Below are positions 32,582 through 36,789 of a stretch of DNA of 36,789 bases, piece by piece (the stretch's first letter is position 1; each line of letters begins with the position of its first letter). Under the pieces are notes generated by a model. That model searched no databases. It was given only the letters and a program-made list of their open reading frames with translations, and was not told where the DNA came from. The position numbers and the translations under genes are program-made. Origin of the DNA: a virus (taxonomy: Duplodnaviria; Caudoviricetes); IMG/VR virus record IMGVR_UViG_3300020045_000708, positions 1 through 36,789 of that record; one strand, written 5' to 3'.

Positions 32582-33127
32582 TTAAACAACATGGGACCAT
32601 GATTCGCGAGTGATAACACGATGGGCAGTAGATGTACCAATTCCATACTTAGCCGCAACTTGTGGACCATTTAACCCGGACAATCTTATTTCTCTCACAA
32701 GATCATCAGTCAAACGAGCCATTGCATGGCCCTCACCAACTGCGTACATCCCATGTTTTTTCCTGTCTTGATTGTTCTCAAAGTGAGAATCCCATCTAAG
32801 ATTTTCTGGCCTGTTATCGGATGATATTCCGTTATTGTGGCAAGCCTCCATCCCATCAGGACACTCTCCAACAAATGCAGCCAGAACTAATCTATGAACC
32901 GATAAGCTAAATTTCTTTCCATCTACACCAACATGAACTGTTTTGTGCCCATGCTTGTGTATTTGTTGCTTTAAAACCTTACCTTTGTAGTTCTGCTTGC
33001 ACAAACCAACGTTGATCCCACTGCAAATCTTTTCAACAATTCGATCCAGCGACCTGATTTGCCCAAGGTTTGATGCCTCGTAATGATCTCCATATCCAGG
33101 TATTCTTTTCCAAATTTCACTCGACAT
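32582..33127 (-). mobile_element. Free-standing NUMOD4-HNH homing endonuclease gene
   Basis: 'EIWKRIPGY...YEASNLGQIRSLDR' NUMOD4; 'VHRLV...CHNNGISSDNRPENLRW..HFENNQD' HNH; C-terminal HTH. Confidence 0.9.
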
Positions 33128-33404
33128 TTGATATCCTTTTTAATGCCCAATCAAGCAATTCCTTTTGCGTTATTCCAAAATTCCTCTCCCATGCTCTAGT
33201 TCCCATGGTATGAATTCCATCAGGTCCGCGATGGTGATTATAATCCAACGGGATTAGTGTTTTATACCCACCGCGCCCCCACCCTCCACCTCTAAGATGA
33301 TGCAACTCCACCGGGCCAGGTTCATGCGGTCCATGGATATGCCAGCACAAAGCACAACCTAGACTTACTAGCTTTTCTTTGTGGCGCTTTTCATCCTTGG
33401 TCAT
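33117..33404 (-). CDS. Ref-like/HNH small nuclease
   Basis: 'GCALC...ELHHLR...LIPLDYNHHRG..GIH'. Confidence 0.7.
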   Translation of the reverse strand: MTKDEKRHKEKLVSLGCALCWHIHGPHEPGPVELHHLRGGGWGRGGYKTLIPLDYNHHRGPDGIHTMGTRAWERNFGITQKELLDWALKRISNVE

Positions 33405-33583
33405 TTATTCGGATTGGTAGCGTTTTCAAGGTTTTTAACCAAATCAGACACCGCTTCTGCTGTGTATGGCTTGTCCTTGTCCGTCAAAGAACCACCCAAT
33501 GTCACGACATCAGCAACAACAGCCACAGGCACTGTAACTACAGATATAGCTGCCTTAGCCAAAGATTCAAGCATCACAAACAT
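33401..33583 (-). CDS. Small hydrophobic protein
   Basis: 60 aa; AGGAG RBS; 'PVAVVADVVTLGG'. Confidence 0.7.
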   Translation of the reverse strand: MFVMLESLAKAAISVVTVPVAVVADVVTLGGSLTDKDKPYTAEAVSDLVKNLENATNPNK

Positions 33584-33632
33584 AGCAACTCCTAGATTGT
33601 TACTGGTGATCGACCAGCGGCGATTTGTAAAA

Positions 33633-33965
33633 CTACCGTACAGCCCTATCCTGATTGCGATTAGAAGCCTCTTGCGTGCGCCAAATCTCAGGAACTATCT
33701 GAGCCGCTATCAGCTTCCATTTAAGCGTTTCCTCGACCTCTACAGCAGCTTTTAGACCGTCTAGCAGTGCTATGTAGTCAGGGTGCGCGTAAGCGTCCAT
33801 CTCCTTAGCTGCGGCGCTTTTCTCTTCGCTTTCCTTCATTAGCAAAGCTTTTTTGCTTTTACGGAATTCTTCAATATATACACGCTCTGCCTTGGCTTTT
33901 GCAAACTTGCTGGCATTCTGGATAATGAAGCTTACAGCCTCATTCGGGTCGCGTGGCTGGCTCAT
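33633..33965 (-). CDS. Conserved coiled-coil hypothetical protein
   Basis: 'AKAKAERVYIEEFRKSKKALLM...AYAHPDY...IWRTQEASNR'. Confidence 0.8.
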   Translation of the reverse strand: MSQPRDPNEAVSFIIQNASKFAKAKAERVYIEEFRKSKKALLMKESEEKSAAAKEMDAYAHPDYIALLDGLKAAVEVEETLKWKLIAAQIVPEIWRTQEASNRNQDRAVR

Positions 33966-34186
33966 TTTCTTGCACGAATTACGGATGCGCATGCAGCCCG
34001 AATGTTGGCGAACGGGAAAAAATCATCTGGATCGCATAACTTTGCGCAGGCCTCGCGTTCCGCTGCGGAAACCAGTTCTGCAAACTTGTACATGTCAAAG
34101 TATGCAAATTCTTCAATCCTTCCAACAGCATGTGAATGCTGAAATCCAGCATCCCTAGCCATTAACAGAATTTCGTCGTGTGTCAT
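33962..34186 (-). CDS. Hypothetical protein ('AEREACAK' family)
   Basis: Start MTHDEILLMARDAG; paralogous to the upstream neighbour. Confidence 0.7.
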   Translation of the reverse strand: MTHDEILLMARDAGFQHSHAVGRIEEFAYFDMYKFAELVSAAEREACAKLCDPDDFFPFANIRAACASVIRARK

Positions 34187-34407
34187 TTCTTTGCCTTTGC
34201 GCTTTCCCGTATTGCATAAGACGCTTCGTAAGCAAACATTCCAGATGGAAGCTCCTCGCAAATCTTGGCGCAGGCCCCACGCTCTGCCTCGGCTACTAGT
34301 TCTGCGAAGCGCTCCAGCACATCATCCGGAGGGCCAAATCTCGTGTTTTTTTCCAAATGCAACAGACCTGAAGCGCGTGCCATTGTTTGAATTTCATCTA
34401 GTGTCAT
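34183..34407 (-). CDS. Hypothetical protein ('AEREACAK' family)
   Basis: MTLDEIQTMARASG...FAELVAEAERGACAKIC. Confidence 0.7.
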   Translation of the reverse strand: MTLDEIQTMARASGLLHLEKNTRFGPPDDVLERFAELVAEAERGACAKICEELPSGMFAYEASYAIRESAKAKK

Positions 34408-34661
34408 TGCATCACCTTCTTACTATCTTGGCATGCTGCAATTACTTTATCCAAAGATTTAATAGCTGCAACATGACTGTTGTATTGCAGAACAGACTTA
34501 TCGTCAATTGGCACACTGACATTCAATGCAGAAAAAGCAATCTTTGCCGATTTCAGCAACGCATCCCGCTCCTCCTGCAACTGCTGCACCATCTTCTGCA
34601 TGGTTTCCAGCGCCGAAAAGCTGATAGCTGCGTGGGTTGTTTTGTACTTGTCTTGGATCAT
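34404..34661 (-). CDS. Hypothetical protein
   Basis: 85 aa, overlap-coupled to its neighbours. Confidence 0.7.
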   Translation of the reverse strand: MIQDKYKTTHAAISFSALETMQKMVQQLQEERDALLKSAKIAFSALNVSVPIDDKSVLQYNSHVAAIKSLDKVIAACQDSKKVMQ

Positions 34662-35326
34662 TTTTTCTCCAATTTGTTACGTGCGCGTGTGATTCGTGAA
34701 TACGCAACTTCAATCAACTTCAGGTATTCAAGACTCGTTTCGTCATCGTGTTTTTTCTCTGATGCAGCTAGGAATTCATCAATCGATCCTTTGAAGCATC
34801 CGCGAGTGACTTCGATTGTGCTGTCTTTTGCGTTATATACCGTCAGAGTTCCATTTTCTGAACCAACACCAGTGAACCAAACAATCAACCCATCGCCATA
34901 GACCAACGCATTGCCAGAGACCTGCGCATCGCCAGAGACCAACGCATTGCCATAGACCTGCGCATTGCCAGAGACCCGCGCATTGCCAGAGACCAACGCA
35001 TTGCCATAGACCTGCGCATTGCCAGAGACCAACGCATTGCCATAGACCTGCGCATTGCCAGAGACCCGCGCATCGCCAGAGACCTGCGCATTGCCAGAGA
35101 CCAACGCATTGCCATAGACCCGCGCATCGCCAGAGACCCGCGCATCGCCAGAGACCCACGCATTGCCAGAGACCTCTAAAGATTCCTCACTCTCAATGTA
35201 TCCACCCAATGCACCAGGACTGACAAAGTACGAAATAGCCACCAAAGCACGGATGCGCTTAACTGTGCGCCCTGGTGCAATAGTGATTTCATCGCCTTCT
35301 ACAAACTCATATTTAGCATTTGCCAT
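34658..35326 (-). CDS. Hexapeptide-repeat (left-handed beta-helix-like) protein
   Basis: About 15 V(S/Y)G(N/D)Ax repeats from an 18-bp tandem repeat (about 34893-35175); 'RIRAL...LGGYIE' and '[12 protein letters not shown]' flanks. Confidence 0.88.
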   Translation of the reverse strand: MANAKYEFVEGDEITIAPGRTVKRIRALVAISYFVSPGALGGYIESEESLEVSGNAWVSGDARVSGDARVYGNALVSGNAQVSGDARVSGNAQVYGNALVSGNAQVYGNALVSGNARVSGNAQVYGNALVSGDAQVSGNALVYGDGLIVWFTGVGSENGTLTVYNAKDSTIEVTRGCFKGSIDEFLAASEKKHDDETSLEYLKLIEVAYSRITRARNKLEKK

Positions 35327-35351
35327 TTTGTTTTCTCCTTTAGAAGTCTAA

Positions 35352-35394
35352 ATTATCTCGCTAGAAGTGGATAAAGCAATCAGTAAAAACCCTA
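35352..35394 (-). promoter_or_regulatory. Palindromic box plus putative promoter
   Basis: TAGGGTTTTTACTGA (35394-35380), then TTGCTT, 16 nt, GATAAT. Confidence 0.6.
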
Positions 35395-35403
35395 GGTGGT
35401 TTT

Positions 35404-35757
35404 TTATACAGGCCCTGGCGTAAATCTCACCTTGATGTATCCGCCTATCTCGCTTTTCATGTACGGGTGAATCCTGAACCGCTTGTCATTAACCCCAAGC
35501 GCATCTGCAAGGCCATCCCGCCCGCTCTTGAATGATGCCACCACGTTGTCGTCATCACGAGCGCGTCGATCCGGCGGGTAAATGTCAATCCACAGGTGCA
35601 CGTCACCATCCCATGGAATAGACCGCATTCCAGCATTGATAGCTTGCGTGAAACACGCCATCCGGTATGCCTTCTTTACCTTCGCTACTACGCTCCAATG
35701 CAGGCGGGCATTAGGGCTTAGTTGCTTTGGAGGCCATGGAAGGGTTAGCTCTGTCAC
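35404..35757 (-). CDS. rusA: RusA-like Holliday junction resolvase
   Basis: 'LPWPPKQLSPN...PPDRRARDDDN....KSGRDGLADALGVND'; likely GTG start at 35757. Confidence 0.85.
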   Translation of the reverse strand: MTELTLPWPPKQLSPNARLHWSVVAKVKKAYRMACFTQAINAGMRSIPWDGDVHLWIDIYPPDRRARDDDNVVASFKSGRDGLADALGVNDKRFRIHPYMKSEIGGYIKVRFTPGPV

Positions 35758-36092
35758 TTGGCATCCTTTAGGGTGTAGAGTGGCATCCATTTGTATACAG
35801 AGACAAACTTAGATTTGTCGTACAGGTATCCATGAATGTCCATATATGCAACAGGCTCTGCACTCAACTGGCTTGCAGCTCCTTGTGCGTATGCTTGGTG
35901 CAGTTGGTCGGCGGTGAAATATGGCACTTTCTCGCCCGCTTCATTGATCGCATAGCAAGGCTCCGGAAGCTCCATCCCTGCTAGTTTTTGCAAAATCAGC
36001 TTTTCAGCCGCCATGATGCAAGCGTTAACGGACTTTCCTCGCGCTGCTGGGTGCGACAGTTCATTGATTTCGTCGTTTGTCAGTATGCTCAT
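35754..36092 (-). CDS. Hypothetical protein
   Basis: 112 aa; GGAG RBS; 'EPVAYM...PLYT' module. Confidence 0.7.
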   Translation of the reverse strand: MSILTNDEINELSHPAARGKSVNACIMAAEKLILQKLAGMELPEPCYAINEAGEKVPYFTADQLHQAYAQGAASQLSAEPVAYMDIHGYLYDKSKFVSVYKWMPLYTLKDAK

Positions 36093-36094
36093 TG

Positions 36095-36325
36095 CTACTC
36101 CTTTAGGTTGCGGATAGATTTTTCAATATTTTGACAAAGCTCAATTCCGTCTGCACCACCCAATATTTCCCATGGGCTATATCCATCAACATTGCAAACC
36201 TTGGCCGCAGCTTCCAGCGCTTCATTGCGGATTGATGCGTTCTCTTTCAGCAATCGCTCAATAGTTAACTGCATTCCTTCGATAGTGCGGATATGCGCTT
36301 GACATGCTAAACAAGCTGCTTTCAT
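36095..36325 (-). CDS. Hypothetical protein
   Basis: 'RNEALEAAAKVC...IRNLKE'; GGAG RBS. Confidence 0.65.
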   Translation of the reverse strand: MKAACLACQAHIRTIEGMQLTIERLLKENASIRNEALEAAAKVCNVDGYSPWEILGGADGIELCQNIEKSIRNLKE

Positions 36326-36326
36326 G

Positions 36327-36509
36327 CTAACTCCCATTCTTCACTTGTAGTGAGTTGTATCGCTTCATATGCGCTTCTAACTCGCTCGCAATGCCAGCTA
36401 GAAGCTCGTTTTTGTCCAGTTCCTTTGCCGTGTGCCATGCATGTTCCTTTTGATTGGCTTTGCACCAGTTGATTAGCTGGTCTAGCCATCGTTGGCGTAT
36501 CGTTTCCAC
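36327..36509 (-). CDS. Hypothetical protein
   Basis: 60-aa ORF with GTG start, abutting its neighbours. Confidence 0.6.
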   Translation of the reverse strand: METIRQRWLDQLINWCKANQKEHAWHTAKELDKNELLAGIASELEAHMKRYNSLQVKNGS

Positions 36510-36635
36510 TCAAATCGCACCCCGCGCAATCCAGCCAAGCGCAAATGCAACGCCGCTCACACAGACAATGCCGATTGCAATCGTGATTTTGAAGTCACGC
36601 GATACTCTCACGGGGTAAATTTTGTATGTTTTCAT
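36510..36635 (-). CDS. 41-aa small membrane protein
   Basis: Manual translation MKTYKIYPVRVSRDFKITIAIGIVCVSGVAFALGWIARGAI; ATG lies 7 nt after the predicted -10, so possibly leaderless. Confidence 0.55.
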   Translation of the reverse strand: MKTYKIYPVRVSRDFKITIAIGIVCVSGVAFALGWIARGAI

Positions 36636-36641
36636 GGTTCT

Positions 36642-36684
36642 ATTGTCTCGGTTTCTTGCGGTTGTTCTATAGGTGTTTACCCTA
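36642..36684 (-). promoter_or_regulatory. Palindromic box plus putative promoter
   Basis: TAGGGTAAACACCTA (36684-36670; identical to the 6943 box), then TAGAAC, 16 nt, GACAAT. Confidence 0.65.
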
Positions 36685-36789
36685 TGCCGTGTGCGGTTTC
36701 TATTGCCTTGGCTACTCTCGTAGCGTCAAAATGAGAAGAATCTCGCTTGCACGATATTGCTACGATTGAATTAATTTCATCATCCGTAA
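36677..36789 (-). CDS. 3' end of a hypothetical protein (5'-truncated)
   Basis: ...TDDEINSIVAISCKRDSSHFDATRVAKAIETAHGIG*; same module as the C-terminus of 5697..6632. Confidence 0.65.
   Translation of the reverse strand, partial: TDDEINSIVAISCKRDSSHFDATRVAKAIETAHGIG

Noticed and set aside
34833-35163. Alternative-frame repeat ORFs (GLWQCA.., MRGSLA..)
   Set aside because: By-products of the stop-free 18-bp repeat; only the VSGNA frame has proper flanking domains and an RBS.

Overview
The window is most of the genome of a tailed dsDNA phage with a P22-like podovirus virion module and lambdoid early and replication genes. The host is plausibly a betaproteobacterium (weak inference). Both ends fall in the same minus-strand 'nin-like' accessory region, and the left end breaks inside a 24-bp tandem repeat, so the genome is probably near-complete and circularly permuted. 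Layout: 1-3643 (-) ice-nucleation-like repeat protein, replication genes and small ORFs; 3777-8721 (+) early genes (Ead/Ea22-like, Erf, Gp157); 8754-30335 (-) late operon (terS/terL, portal, scaffold, capsid, decoration, a Maf-like glycosyltransferase, tail, ejection proteins, tail fibre, lysis); 30428-36789 (-) accessory genes (HTH proteins, NUMOD4-HNH, Ref-like, hexapeptide repeat, RusA-like). I found no integrase, cI-type repressor, CRISPR, rRNA or canonical tRNA. Most notable observations: (1) a head-to-tail array of structured ncRNAs at 29573-29910, two of which share a C4-like scaffold with compensatory kissing loops but carry different inserts; (2) a 15-bp palindromic box at a fixed distance from seven weak promoters; (3) a kissing-loop attenuator upstream of the replication initiator; (4) an InaZ-like protein; (5) a candidate virion glycosyltransferase. 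All family calls come from motif recognition by eye; no database searches were run.
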